Assembly (NCBI GenBank): GCA_034780895.1
Contig: JAUZTB010000107.1
Span: forward strand, 33,268,758-33,332,242
DNA: 63,485 bases
DNA from: Rhynchobatus australiae
Taxonomy: Eukaryota
Reading direction: 5' to 3'
Shown: positions 38,113 to 50,699 of the stretch, one piece after another
How the letters are laid out: every line of letters begins with the position of its first letter
Numbering within the stretch: position 1 is the first letter of the stretch
The notes under the pieces: generated by a model
What the model saw: the letters and a program-made list of their open reading frames with translations, nothing else
Database searches by the model: none
Told to the model about the DNA's origin: nothing
Position numbers and translations under genes: made by a program

Positions 38113-41100
38113 AATTAATGGTTTCTTTCTGAACTGTAATGGTGATAATGCAAATCAATTTCAATTCAGCAAAGGCATATCGCAGGTTATAGAGGATTGG
38201 TTGCTCATTATACAGTATCCAAACAGGAAGGAAAATCACATCAAGTACAAAGCAGGCAGATGATCATGTGTTTTACACCTTGCAACAGCTGAAAGTTTTA
38301 CACATCATATGGTGACTTCTTGAACCTCCTCTAAATTTTGGTCTGAGATAATGAGGGTCAATTAATGGCTCAGTCCAGGTTCTCCACACTCAATGCTTTC
38401 TGCGTCTTCAATTTTATTTGCTGTATCTCCTGCTGTTTTGTTCATTGGTAGAATTGATATGTTAATGATTTTGCACAGACCAAAGAAACTAGGCTCATAT
38501 ATATTAATTAATGCTGATTTTATTAGCTAATTTTTGCCTGATACATTTTGTTCACTGTCTCGTACAACTAGGCATTGCTTGCTGCACTGTTTTGTTTTAT
38601 TATTTCTGTTATTGATTATTGCCTTTTCTTTGCCAAAATCATGAAAGAACTTCATTTTTAGTTTTTATTTATTATTAATGTGAATAATCATTATAGTCCT
38701 ATTTCTTTCCCTAGTCATATGGCTCTTTAATCAATTCCTTAATCCCATCATGAAATATAAGCATATTGCTTGCATGTTTGGAACTGATGTGTATGGTAGT
38801 TACTTTAACTCAAGTTAGGAAGAAAATATTCTATATGGTCATGAATTATTTTTCACCAGTTTTAAATTACCAACAGTAAATTTTATTACAAATGATAAAT
38901 GAATTAAAATAACTGCACACTAACACATTTCAATTCCTATTCTGACATTTACCAAAGAGATTGATCCCCAGTGTGACCTGTGGATTGATAGTAATATATT
39001 CATAAAAATTCCAATAAGAATGAACTAGAAAAATGTATCTAATCCACACTATGATTTTAGTTAATGTTTCCATGAATAGAATGTATCCTGTTGTCTATAC
39101 ATTATTTCGAAACTCATAGAAAAATCCATAAGCTAATTTATAAAGAAATTTGAAGCCGTTTATTCTTGTGCTGTGCTCCATTTTTATGTTGTCTTTCATA
39201 TATTATATTATAATCCTTGTCCCTCCCCCAGTTCTACAGCTTGCTGACATTTAGCTTTTTAAACATAGAAATGCAGGCGCTTTTTAGTCTGTGTCTATAC
39301 AAGCCATACTTAGACAAAAGTAAACAAGGCTTATATTACAGAGTCACATCTGCAAACGCAGACCATATTCCTGGCGTCTTGTTTATCCAACACAATTTAC
39401 CTATGACAAATGCAGTTGGATTATGGAGTAATGATTATATTTGGAACAGTTCCTAGAACAACAGTACCTTCTGGTAAATTGAAAAAGAACTAAACCTAGT
39501 TAAAGGTTATTACCAGAAACTTTTCACGCTGCAGCTCCTTCGGGCTGAATGATACCTTTGTTCTTTGGAATAGGAATGAAAGCTATTTAGACACCTGTTG
39601 TTTGTTTGCTAAAACAGAGGACAAATCAGCTCCAGAGAATTTAGTTAGATTATGGCAAAGCTGTGAAATGGGAATGGCACCCCAAGTATTGCCCCAGGGT
39701 CAGAATAGTTGCTGTTTATTTCAATAGTGTTCAGAACAGAATCCTGTTTTGATTGTAGCACAGATATGAAGCAAAATGAGAAATCCCCACAGAATGAGTG
39801 ATCATTTGGAAAATGCCTAGATAAATAGAATATTTTTCTACAATGAATAATCATCACAAACCGTTGGAAAACAATTTTACTCTTAGACTTTCCTTTGCAT
39901 TTTGAAGACAGTTTGCTGCTGAATGGAATGGAGCAGCATTGTTTGCTTGCCTACAAGAGGGAAAATCAGAGGGAAAATACTTCATTTAATCTTTGCATGA
40001 TGCAGCCAGATTGAGCACAAACGCTTCAGTTCCAGCTAAATATAACCCTTAAATAAATCCAATAATAGAAGGAAACAAATGAATTTGCTATTTTGTCAGT
40101 TAAACTGTCAAAATATTCTTGATANNNNNNNNNNNNNNNNNNNNNNNNNNNNNNNACAGCAACAGCACAACTTCACTATAGTTATACATGCCACACTGTA
40201 TTTTCTGTGTGACTACAAAATTATTTCAAAGTGTGTACAATGCTGTTTTGCACTGCTGAAGACAGCCAGTCTAGAAATAACTGAAGAAAATCTAATCATG
40301 TACAAATGCTCAAAATGTAATTTAGCAAAGATGGAATTGTTTCAAACAGTTATTTGAAGTAACCGAATTTGTTAAAAACAGGTTGAAATAAAGTGGCCTT
40401 GCAGGATAGCAATCAAGATATCAGGCTCTCCCCCATGTGGTTACAGGCTGGAGGCCCAGTGCTGGCTGACACCCAAATCTGCCAGCCACATGTGTAATGA
40501 TTGAATCGGATCTGAGCCAGGCCACTGGATAGGATGCTTCACAGAAGTAATGTGTTCAACCTTAAGGAAAAAAAACAAACATTTGAGATACCATCCTACT
40601 GTAACTAAGGAAAGATACAACATTCATTATAAAAAAGAAAAACATCATAGTTTCCATTGCTATTACAATATTCATAACAATTCAGGCAGGGAAATGTTCA
40701 AGGAACCTCTTTCAAATACATATTTGTACAAACCATTCCCATGGTGTTGGGTGGGTTAGCATTAATAGAACAGATGGTTACACATTTTTGTTTTATTTCT
40801 GGAGCTTTCCCCTTTCTATTCACCTCACATATTTTACCTTGACATTTTAACTAGTTCCAGACATGGTAAAACAAGCCACCATTTTTTTGCACGTTCACCT
40901 CAGTCATTTTCCCACACACAAAAATGGGGAATGGTCTTCAGGGTCCATCAGGTAATGAACTTCTCCTGCATATTCGCCTTCCAACATTAATGGTGCAATT
41001 CCTTTGTTCCTTAAAAATCACAACACTGAGTGATCACCACTTCCCTCTAGATTGACATATTTCCTGAATTTAAACAAGAATCTTTGTCCAGTTCCCTTTT

Positions 41101-41284
41101 GAAACAACAGACAGATTTCACATTCATTAAACCAAGCGATAACCCGTTCCACAAGTGAACAACTAAATTTGAAGTCAATTTAAGGCCAGTCCTCTTATTT
41201 TATATTTCTAGTCCATTGAACAGTTTTCAGTGTTTAACAAAAGTCTTCAATCATAAATCAACACATATCATTTTCTTAAAAGGT

Positions 41285-41321
41285 ATTATTGCCATCCAAA
41301 TGTGATTTGGATGGCAATAAT
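41285..41321. repeat. Perfect 17-bp inverted repeat with a 3-nt loop
   Basis: attattgccatccaaat-gtg-atttggatggcaataat. Confidence 0.95.
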
Positions 41322-41489
41322 TTGTGATTTCCTGTAGTGTCATTGGATGACATTCAATAACACAGCACCTTTTAGTTTGTCACTTCTTTTAACCTAAGGG
41401 CACTCAAACAGATGGTAGCAGCCAATCATCACACTGTTTGAGATTAGCAAACTCGGCTGTACACTCTGTGGCCTTAAGGACTCAACACT

Positions 41490-41872
41490 GAGTTCAACAA
41501 TTTTAAGTAATCAGCATTCCCATAATTTTTATTTCAGACTTTAGTCCTTCGCAGTGTTTTCCTTGATCGTTTCAGATTTCTCCTATTTACACCTTCTGCT
41601 GACCTACACACAGACATTTTATACATGTCTTTGTCCCTTCCGCATTCACCTTGCCCTATCATCCATTTTTCATTAGTTAATCTCTCCCCACGTTACCTTA
41701 GACCCTCCTTTTTTACTGCCTCCCCTTCTTTCCTTCCTCTTTAAACTTTCTTCATCCCTGATTCTTCCCAGTTCTGATGAAATTCTTTTTTCTTGCTCCA
41801 CAGGAGCTGTCCAATCTGCTGAGTAATTTCTGCTTTAGATTCAAACTTACAATATCTGTAATATTTTGCTAC
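41490..41872 (+). mobile_element. Old Penelope pLTR remnant
   Basis: Pyrimidine-rich body like 12110-12290, then ccagttCTGATGAaa and ctccacaggagctgtccaatctgctgagtaattt...aatatctgtaatattttgct. Confidence 0.6.
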
Positions 41873-42467
41873 CATTTCAAGAAATCAAGTCCCATGCCTG
41901 GGTCATGAATTGGTTACTCAGTGGGGCACTTGCAAGAACTGCTTTTGGGGAAAGACCTTAAATGGATGCATGTTACGCACATATACTTTTAATATGATTA
42001 TTGAGGGGGCACATACCCCTGCTGCCTGCCCGCTCTTGGCTGCTCACTGATTTAACCAGCATAAGCACAGATGAGCCTGTAGGCTGTTCTACAATAAATC
42101 TCATTTGCAGCAGTTCTCATGAATATTCTGCAAGCATCTGTTTCTGATAATTGATTTGGAGCTGCTACATAGCAATTTCAGGGAGAATTCCTTTATCAAC
42201 CCTGAGTCTAATGGATTGAATAGCCTCTCTCCTCATCCCAATGAGACTGAACAGCATTGGCTTTTGATCCACTGGACCTGTTAAAGGATTTTTTTTGTTA
42301 TTAGTTACTTACTGAANNNNNNNNNNNNNNNNNNNNNNNNNNNNNNNNNNNNNNNNNNNNNNNNNNNNNNNNNNNNNNNNNNNNNNNNNNNNNNNNNNNN
42401 NNNNNNNNNNNNNNNNTGTTAAAGGATTTTTTTTGTTATTAGGAAAAAGATTCTTCATTTCATAGGA

Positions 42468-43002
42468 TCAGAGAACTTTGTAACCCAGAATGAAGCAATT
42501 TGACCCATTGTGTCCATGTCATCCAGACATAGAATTTAGGCTAATCCTATTTCCGAGTTTTTGGTCCATACCCTTGTAGATAATGTTTCTTCAGGTAGTT
42601 TTTGAAAAAGGTACAGTTATATGTTCTGTCTCCACTGCCCTTTTAGGCAGTGTGTTCCAGATCCCCACTACTAAGCAAAGGAAAACTTCCCTCAACTCCC
42701 CTTTGGTCTTTTCTAGTGATTAACTCTTCTCTCTAGTTATTGGCCTCTTTGCTAAGAGAAAATTCACTGGTCCAGACTTCTCATAATTTTGTACATTGCA
42801 TTCAAATTTCATTACAGTCTTCTCTGTTCTAAAGAAATCAACACCAGCCTAAACAGTGTCTCCTCACAACTATCATTCTCAGTCCAGGTGACATCTTCAT
42901 AAATTTCCTCTCCATCTCTCCAATGGTATCACATCCTTTCTGTTTTACGGTAAGCAGAACTCTTCACAGTACTTCACCCATGTGTTTGACCAATGTTTAC
43001 AC
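42468..43002 (-). mobile_element. Old CR1 3' portion
   Basis: Reverse complement preserves VKHMGEVL*RVLL/RKDV-like and LE.RRL...YKIM regions, plus gtggggatctggaacacactgcctaaaagggcagtggagaca (IWNTLPKRAVET). Confidence 0.75.
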
Positions 43003-43719
43003 ATGTGCCAAAACACTGTGTTGTCAGTCAGTTTGATTCAGCAATCCTTGCTAAACCAAGTTATGTTCTCCCCTGAAATCCATGCAACATTTGTCCAGTG
43101 TCACTGGACACCAATCAGGAGCGGCATCGCTAGTTTTCATTTTTTCAGCCCAGTGATAATGACAGAATTTAACGCACTATGATTTCTTTAATTAAATTAC
43201 AACGAGGCTTGGAGTTCTCATTCCACATTCATGAGAAGTTAAAGGCTTTCTTGCTGGTCCTGCTCCTCAATTTCTAGTTGCACTTCACATTTGGGCACTT
43301 GGCAAAGTGAGAGTATGGGCAGATTGAGGGACTTCTGAGCTGTTCCTAGCCAAGGTGGTTATTAACAGACCCAGGCAGCTTGTGCATTGAAAGGTCTGCT
43401 CGTCCCCTGCAGCAACATTCACTGTCGGCTCAACCTTGGAAGGGGAACATGCACATTTCGCTTGCTAAAACCTGACATATTGTGTTGCTGCAATTAAAAC
43501 CACCTCTGTGTCTTTTAGCCATTGTGTCAAATGCAAGTTGGAGCTGCCAAATTTAGTATCAAGTGTGTACAATCCAAATGCAAGGACTCTCCAAAAGCCA
43601 GACTATGGTAGCATTCATGCGACAGAAGTTGGGGGAAAACTGCAACCTCGGAAGAATATGATGAAAGAACCTACTGGCAATAATAACTTGAAAGAATAAA
43701 CTTTATTTCAATCTCCAAA

Positions 43720-44800
43720 ACACACTGCTGTTGAACTTTAAATAAACAATATATAATCACTCATCAAACAATGGTCATATCCCTTGGAATTGAAGTTCAT
43801 TTTAGCACACCATCTTGATTACTCTAAAGTTTTCCTCACTTAATGTTAAATTTTCACTGTTAGTTTATATTAGAACTTTCTAAAGTTGCTTTTGAGTAAT
43901 ATCGTGCATTTTAAAATCCCACAAAAATCTGCGTAATCAGCAAATTTAGAATTTCTGCTTTTAATCCCCTTATCTAAGTAATTTATGTAGATTGAGCAAG
44001 TAGTGATCCAAGGTCTGATCTCCAGAGCATCCAGCTGTCACCTCTCCCCAGCACAACTCATATACATTTATAATTAACCTCTGTTTCTTATTTTCAGGTC
44101 AATTTCTGATTCACTTTGCTACTTTTCTCCTAATTACATCCTTACCATCACTTCCAATTTCTTAAGGGATACTTTATTAAACATATTTTAAAAGTCAAGA
44201 TCTATAATATTTGTAGGATGCCACATTGACTAATTTGGTCACATCCTCAAAGTCCAGTAAATTTGAAGGGCATGATTTCACATTTATAAATCTATGCCAG
44301 CTTTCGTTAATCACATTTGTTTTTGATAGATGATACTGAATTGTGTCCCTTTCAATGCCCCCAGGTATTTTTTTTTAATTAGTAATGATTCAAGCTAACC
44401 ACTGTGATTCCCAGGACCATACCTCTGCAGTTCCACATTATGCATTTTCTACACTTCAGATATCTCCCTTGTTTGCAATGAGCTATTGAATATTTCATCC
44501 AAATCTCCTCCGCTTCCTTCTTTATTTCCTTAACACTCCCTAGGCACATGTCATCAGATTGTATCTACTCCAAGTCACTTCAGTTTTTTAATAATACTTC
44601 CTCTAATATTTATCTTCTCTACACACTTTCTTAATGATCTAATCATCTTGATTGTAGAATGGGGAATGTATCCTTTCCCTTCTCAACTTTCTGAAAACTT
44701 ATAAAAGCATACTTTGATCATTTAAAGGATGTAACTGTGCCATCTGCCAATGCTGCATGTATATTTTGATGGTCCACTTAAGTTTCTGAGTAAGAACATT
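43720..44800 (-). mobile_element. Very old CR1 RT remnant
   Basis: Minus strand gives FEDVTKLV...IDLDF...KNKKQRLIIN and IYINYLDKGIKSRNSKFADYAD (RT catalytic FADD region). Boundaries are approximate. Confidence 0.75.
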
Positions 44801-44962
44801 TTTCTTTATACTGTGATATAATTTAGAATGTGACTTGGTTGAAAGATCTGACGTTCAGATGTGAGACCGGTCAATCATTGCTGGAAGGGTCTTCATGCAT
44901 GTCTGAAGTGGGCAAGATGGGGAGCAGCAAATGGAGTCTGGTTTTGTTTTGAAATCCAAATG

Positions 44963-45267
44963 TAAGATAAGATAAGACACCTTTATTAGTCACATGTACA
45001 TCGAAACAAACAGTGAAATGCATCTTTTGCATGGAGTGTTCTGGGGCAGCCCGCAAGTGTTGCCAAACTTCCAGCACCAACATAACATGCCCACGACTTC
45101 ATAATCTCTATGTATTTGGAATGTGGGAGGAAACAGGAGCACCCAGAGGAAACTCATGCAGACACGGGGAGAACATACAAACTCTTTACAGACAGTGGCC
45201 GGAATTGAACCTGGGTCGCTAGCGCTATAATAGCATTACACTAACCACTACACTACCGTGCCTGCCC
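44963..45267 (-). mobile_element. Full-length V-SINE with (TCTTA)n tail
   Basis: tRNA head gggcaggcacggtagtgtagtggttag...caggttcaattcc, complete V-domain, tail gtacatgtgactaataaaggtgtcttatcttatctta. Confidence 0.95.
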
Positions 45268-45319
45268 TCAATGTGAATGTTTTTCAACAGAGGAATTAGT
45301 TACCTTTTTCTCAGAAAAA

Positions 45320-46008
45320 GAACAAACTGCTGGAGGAACTCAGTGGGTCAGGCAGCATCTATGGAGGCAGAGAGATGGTTGATGTTTCCACTGCTCTTCT
45401 GTTCTTCAGCCACTTTTTTACTAAGACTCGCTACTACATCCATGTGCCTCTCCTCAGTATTTGTCTTCACAACTATCATGTCCCACATGGCTTCCACCTC
45501 TGTTTTCAGGCCTCCCAGTTCAGCCCCAGCCAAGATCTCAGGTATTTATAATTAATCTCTGTTTCTTATTTTTAGGTCAATCTCTGATTCACTTTGCAAC
45601 TTTTCTCCTAATTACATCCTTACTACCACTTCCGATTTCTTAAGGGATACTTTAGTAAACATATTTTAAAAGTCAAGATCAATAATATTTGTAGCATGCC
45701 ACATCAACTAATTTGGTCACATCCTCAAAGTCATTCAATTCACCACTTCTCTCAATGGTTTTCCCTCTGTATCCTACATTCTACCATCTCCGCCATGCAT
45801 CAGTACCCTCTGTCCCCTTTTCTCTTTCTACCACAGCTTAGTGCCTCACTTTTCCACATGTGCCACAGTGTGCAGGGTACTGATGCAGGGTCTCGACCTA
45901 AAATGTCGACCATCCCTCTGTCCCCACAGATGCTGCCTGACTCACAGAGTTCCTCCAGAAGTTAGGTTTTCGCTCCAGATTACAGCATCTACAGTCTCTT
46001 CTATCTCT
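45320..46008 (+). mobile_element. Penelope-derived element with inverted terminal arms enclosing captured DNA
   Basis: The left arm 45320-45388 is the reverse complement of about 45900-45970 (cagatgctgcctgac...gagttcctccag). Hammerhead-like motif at 45876-45911. The interior includes a duplicate of 44066-44254. Confidence 0.8.
45544..45732 (+). repeat. 189-bp direct duplicate of 44066-44254
   Basis: Ungapped alignment at offset 1478 with about 12 mismatches by hand count. Confidence 0.95.
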
Positions 46009-47076
46009 CTTCTTTTTCTTCTCTTATAGCTTTATCAGAATAACTTCATGGAAAGGCTCTTTTCCACTCTACACACATCTGGATGTTGTTTATTTCTTTA
46101 AAAAATCTTGTTCATTTCTTGATCTTCAAATCCAGCATCTACATTTCTTTACCTTAAGTTCAAGGTATTGACAACAAAAACCTGGCTGATATTTTCTACG
46201 TTTTTGTTCTATTGCTAGTGTGTAAATCCATACTAACTTTCCAAAAGAGGGTTATTTATCATTTTATTAGCTTTCCATTGATTTTTTTTTAATTTCTCTT
46301 TTCATTCAATGGTACATTTGGTTCTCTGATGAGCTGTGGTATTCCATTCTTTCCACCTGATATTTATCTGTAGCGTTTACTGTTGACGAAGAGGGTATCA
46401 AATGTAGGAGCTGGTTTTTTTGTTATGGTATCAAATACAGGGTTAATAATTCCACCACTCAAAGCAAAACATAATGGTCACAGGGACTTGATTCACACTC
46501 TGAATGATCTCATATCACCCAGTGTAGCAATCAGGAAATTATAATTGGCCTCAGCACTCTTGGCCTTGAAAGTAACAGAAGCAGCAAAAGTTACCATGTG
46601 CATTCACAAAAGACATGAGAGGGCTGGAGCAGGTGTGCTTACCATGTGTCCCTCATCTCGAATGACGTGTTAACACTTGCTGTCTCAGTCCCACAGATTG
46701 TAAGGTTCCAAAGACCAGCACAATCGGCATTTGGTGGGTATTGGAAATAAAACTGAGGAAGAAATTATTTTACAGTTATATCACAAGAATCTTTATCTTA
46801 ACAAATATCCCTTCAGAACAGTTGAGTGGGCGCAATAAGGGAGAAGAGGAGAAGTACTAGATTACTTGGAATGGGGTTAGATTTGTGTGTAACTGACCTA
46901 AAACTCAAAACAAAAAGCACATGGAAACTGAACAATGGGAAAGATATTTGACTATTCTCTAAGTGAATAGTTCCCATCTTGGAGGAATTTAAAGGCCTCA
47001 TAATTCAAAAAACAGCAAGGCACTTGTTGTTTTGTGTGCATGTCCACTATATTGTCATCACTGGCAAAGTACAGAG

Positions 47077-47100
47077 ACACACACACACACACACACACAC
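47077..47100. repeat. (AC)n microsatellite
   Basis: About 12 AC units. Confidence 0.95.
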
Positions 47101-49889
47101 AGAGCATCCTGTTCCAGTGGAAGCTGTCAAAAGCACCTGGTAAAATTGCCCGCAGAGTTTTTTTTCATATAATGATTCTTATGAATCAGTTTAACAAGGG
47201 TGATATTGTTTTCTGTTGCTGATGCAGACTTACACAGTTTAATGAAGTCAAGCCCATGCAAAGCTCAGTAAACAAATGACAATGTTTAGAAAAGAGAGAA
47301 ACTCATTTCCTTTGATACAGCAGAAAAACCAGGCAATGTGTGTTTATAATTACTGTCTCATCAAGTTAATGCACAAGAATCTACTAGCTATTCATTTATA
47401 CATAAACTGCGTAAGAAATTCTACCTTCCTATTTCTGCACTAGTTCTGTTGAGCAATTATTTTATATTTATGCAATTATTTGATTCAGGACAGTAAACAT
47501 ATTGGAGAAATTGCCAAGGTATCCTTTGTAAAGAGGATGAAGACATTATGTTTGATAAATTATGAACATTAATTCTCAAGGACAACCTTGTTTTAAAATC
47601 TAAAGCTACATTTGAGACTTTAGAAATCAGTTGGTCAAACTTAGGAACACTTGGTGAAATCCCAAAAAAAATCATTTTGCTTGGCAGCATATCTAAAGGA
47701 CAAGTTGCTACTAGCTCTAAAGTGGTAAGCCAAAAGCAAATTCACACTCCTGGGCACCAGCTGATCAGAAATAATATAATCTGAAATGAAATCCACCCCT
47801 TCCATTCTGCGGGTTAGAAAGAAATATGCCAGTGTTGTCTGGACCAAAAGGTCTCAAGGGACATTCTTGAGTCTTGCGGTTCCTTCGTGTGCCACTAGCT
47901 AATCTCTTTATATTTTTATGGATTCCTTGGTGTTCAGTGGGATTTTACAAGCAGACAGTTTTTATTGGACTGTGAATATAGCTTTTATTCAGATTCCTTT
48001 TCAAAGTGCATAAAACTATCAGGAAATTTTTAATATCTATAAATCATTTTACTACTGGACATTTGTGAAGGAGTGAGCATTTTCCAGATGTGCTCCCAGC
48101 TATCTATTATTAAAAAGAGAATGCTGCTTTATTTCAAAAGTTGGAGAATAGCAGTTGACATTACTTTTGAAGTTAAGTGTTGTTGGTTCAAGTAACATCC
48201 AATTATTTTTCTTATACTCATTTTAACTGAAGTAATGCACACAGTTGGCCAATCTCTATATGTGTTCACATTACATTCTGGCCTGTTGTTCATGTGTTTT
48301 CCATCAAGGAAGTCTGTGGTTACCTTCATGATTCCATTGGACTGGAAAAACATAGCTAATATGGTGAGATCTGGAAAAGCTTTGATGCTGAGTTTTACAA
48401 ATAAACCCCTGGAACCCATATGTTTTAGATTCGATTCTTTAATTTATTTCCTATAAATGTCCATTAAATATTCCATTGAACCAACATATGTGCTAGTGCA
48501 GTTAAAAAGCAGAAAAATAAAATAATTGCTAGATGACTGGATTATTTTCATTCTTTTACCTTTAGTGCTACTGCTCTCCCTGAAGAATACAGTAAGTAAA
48601 TCACTGTCTGTCAGATTCCCAGCTCAAAGATAAATGCTTTGATTTACACAACTTTAAAGACTGTCAGAATGTTAAAATAAATATAGCCCCATTATTTGTT
48701 GTTTAGGAGATTTCAGTTGAGGCCAAGTGTGTGCAGTTTACTGTAGCTGATATTATAAATGTAAATGTGATATACTCCTGTCAGTTGGTAGTTTGTGCCT
48801 CCATGAAGCTTAAGTCTGCTTTTAAATGAATGTTTCATGCTCGTTTTCCTTCTATTACTCATGAAAAAAGTATCCTGTATGGATGCTGACAACAATTAAC
48901 AATCACTCAAAAATTTGTGTAAGTGGTATCTATCTTTATTCAGGAAGGCAGTAGACATTACATAGCAAACCCTATGACTGCGATAGGTCAACTGAAAAAC
49001 ATTAGGAAACCAATAGGCAGCTTCAAATAGCCCACTAAAGCTCAGCAAATTACCGATGGAAGGCATGAATCTGAAGCCGGTCAATTTTGGTTGCCTTAAG
49101 TTCTGCTTTGAAATTTACCATTACACCACAATAAAATAATCACATCTGAAGATGATATTATTGTGAACACTAATAATTGGTAAAGATTCTTCTATTTGCA
49201 TCAGTGCTTCCAGATATAACAAAAGCAAAGTGAAGGTCCTTTTCATGAAATGCATTCTCCACTCCTCTTTAATTCACTAATTCTTGTTTTCAATCTAATT
49301 TCTATTAGATCGCTGGTCTCACCAGGCAATGACAGTGGCCTTAAGCTAAAAGGATTTTGGCATCAATTGGCAAATTTAGTTCCCTTGTCTCTTCAGAGAC
49401 TGTTATTGACACCTTACGTTGCTAGGCAGCAATCTAAGAACCTTCAATAATGTCAGAAAGGTGCTAATAATGTAATTATGAACTATTAAAAAAGTAAAAA
49501 AGTTTATTGGTGATCATAAATGTAACAGCAATCAGGTTCTAATACAGAAACATTTTGAGACTGCTGATGGTATGAATGTGGTTGCATTTTAGTTGACCTT
49601 GAGCTTGGACTGCTGAATTTATTTACCTATAAAGTATTAAATGAACAATAAACTACAAATTTAAAACCAGGATTTAATTTTGTTTTCCTTTCTTTCCAGT
49701 CTATTTCAGAATATTTCAAAATTTAGAATGGGTGAAACTAACTGTTTTCCTTCTTGAGAAACACAGCTCATTTCCTTTGAAACAGTTAGGAAATGATACT
49801 TAAAATGGCATATTTTCCTTTGTCACTAATTTAGGTGAGTGTTTGAACTGTTCCTGATCTATTACTCATGTTTTCATATATTGTATCAA

Positions 49890-49975
49890 AAATTGCCAGA
49901 AATACTTGTCAAGTCAGGCAATGTCTGTGAGGAGACAAAGAGAATTAAGTTTCAGATCAATGATCTTTCACAAAG
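49890..49975 (-). mobile_element. Penelope-terminal motif remnant
   Basis: Minus strand: tgtgaaAGATCAtTGATCTgaaacttaattctctttgtctcctcacagacattgcctgacttgacaagtatttctggc. Confidence 0.65.
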
Positions 49976-50699
49976 TGAGGAAAAGATAGAAAGCTTAGCC
50001 CAGAGACCAGAGGCTATGCACTTTTGGTGTGCCAAATGGATGCTGCATATGCACTAATGCCAAAGCAAAATTCAAAAGTAAATTGCAGAATTGGGTCATC
50101 CTTGCTTCAATGAATCATTATCATGGTATACTCCCACTTAACACCTTTAAAACCTGACCTGTGCATTTCACAGATAGCAGCTTCTTGCTAGACATGCAAC
50201 TTTGATATTTGCACAGTGACTCATGGGAAGTGGGAAAGTACTTTTAAAGAGACTCCACCATGGCTGCCTATAGAAATGAGGGAAAAAGAGTGGTGAGGAT
50301 CATGGAAAATGGGGGTAAGAGGAGGGGTGAGGGGAGGGGGGTAGATCAGGCTGGGGGAATGACAATGATGCCCAGTGATTGTGGGCTCTCCTGTGACTGG
50401 GGTTAATAGATTATGAAATACACTTACCAGTTGTAGAAGCCTCCATCTTCTCTATCTTTACATCACGCATGGTTCACTTCTTTTAGCATGACACACTCCT
50501 TGTTTTTTTGCAAGTTAATTATGCAGGTTGTACATCAGGAATATATGGGATAAGTTGGTAGGGTGGAAGACAGGAGTGGTTAAATAACTAAAAATGAAAA
50601 CGTTACAAGTTGAAACAGCATGGTAACGAAACAAGTTTAAAAAAGAAGCCAGCATAGAGGAGATATAAATAGGAGAAGCTGGATCCTTGCCTGAATTTG

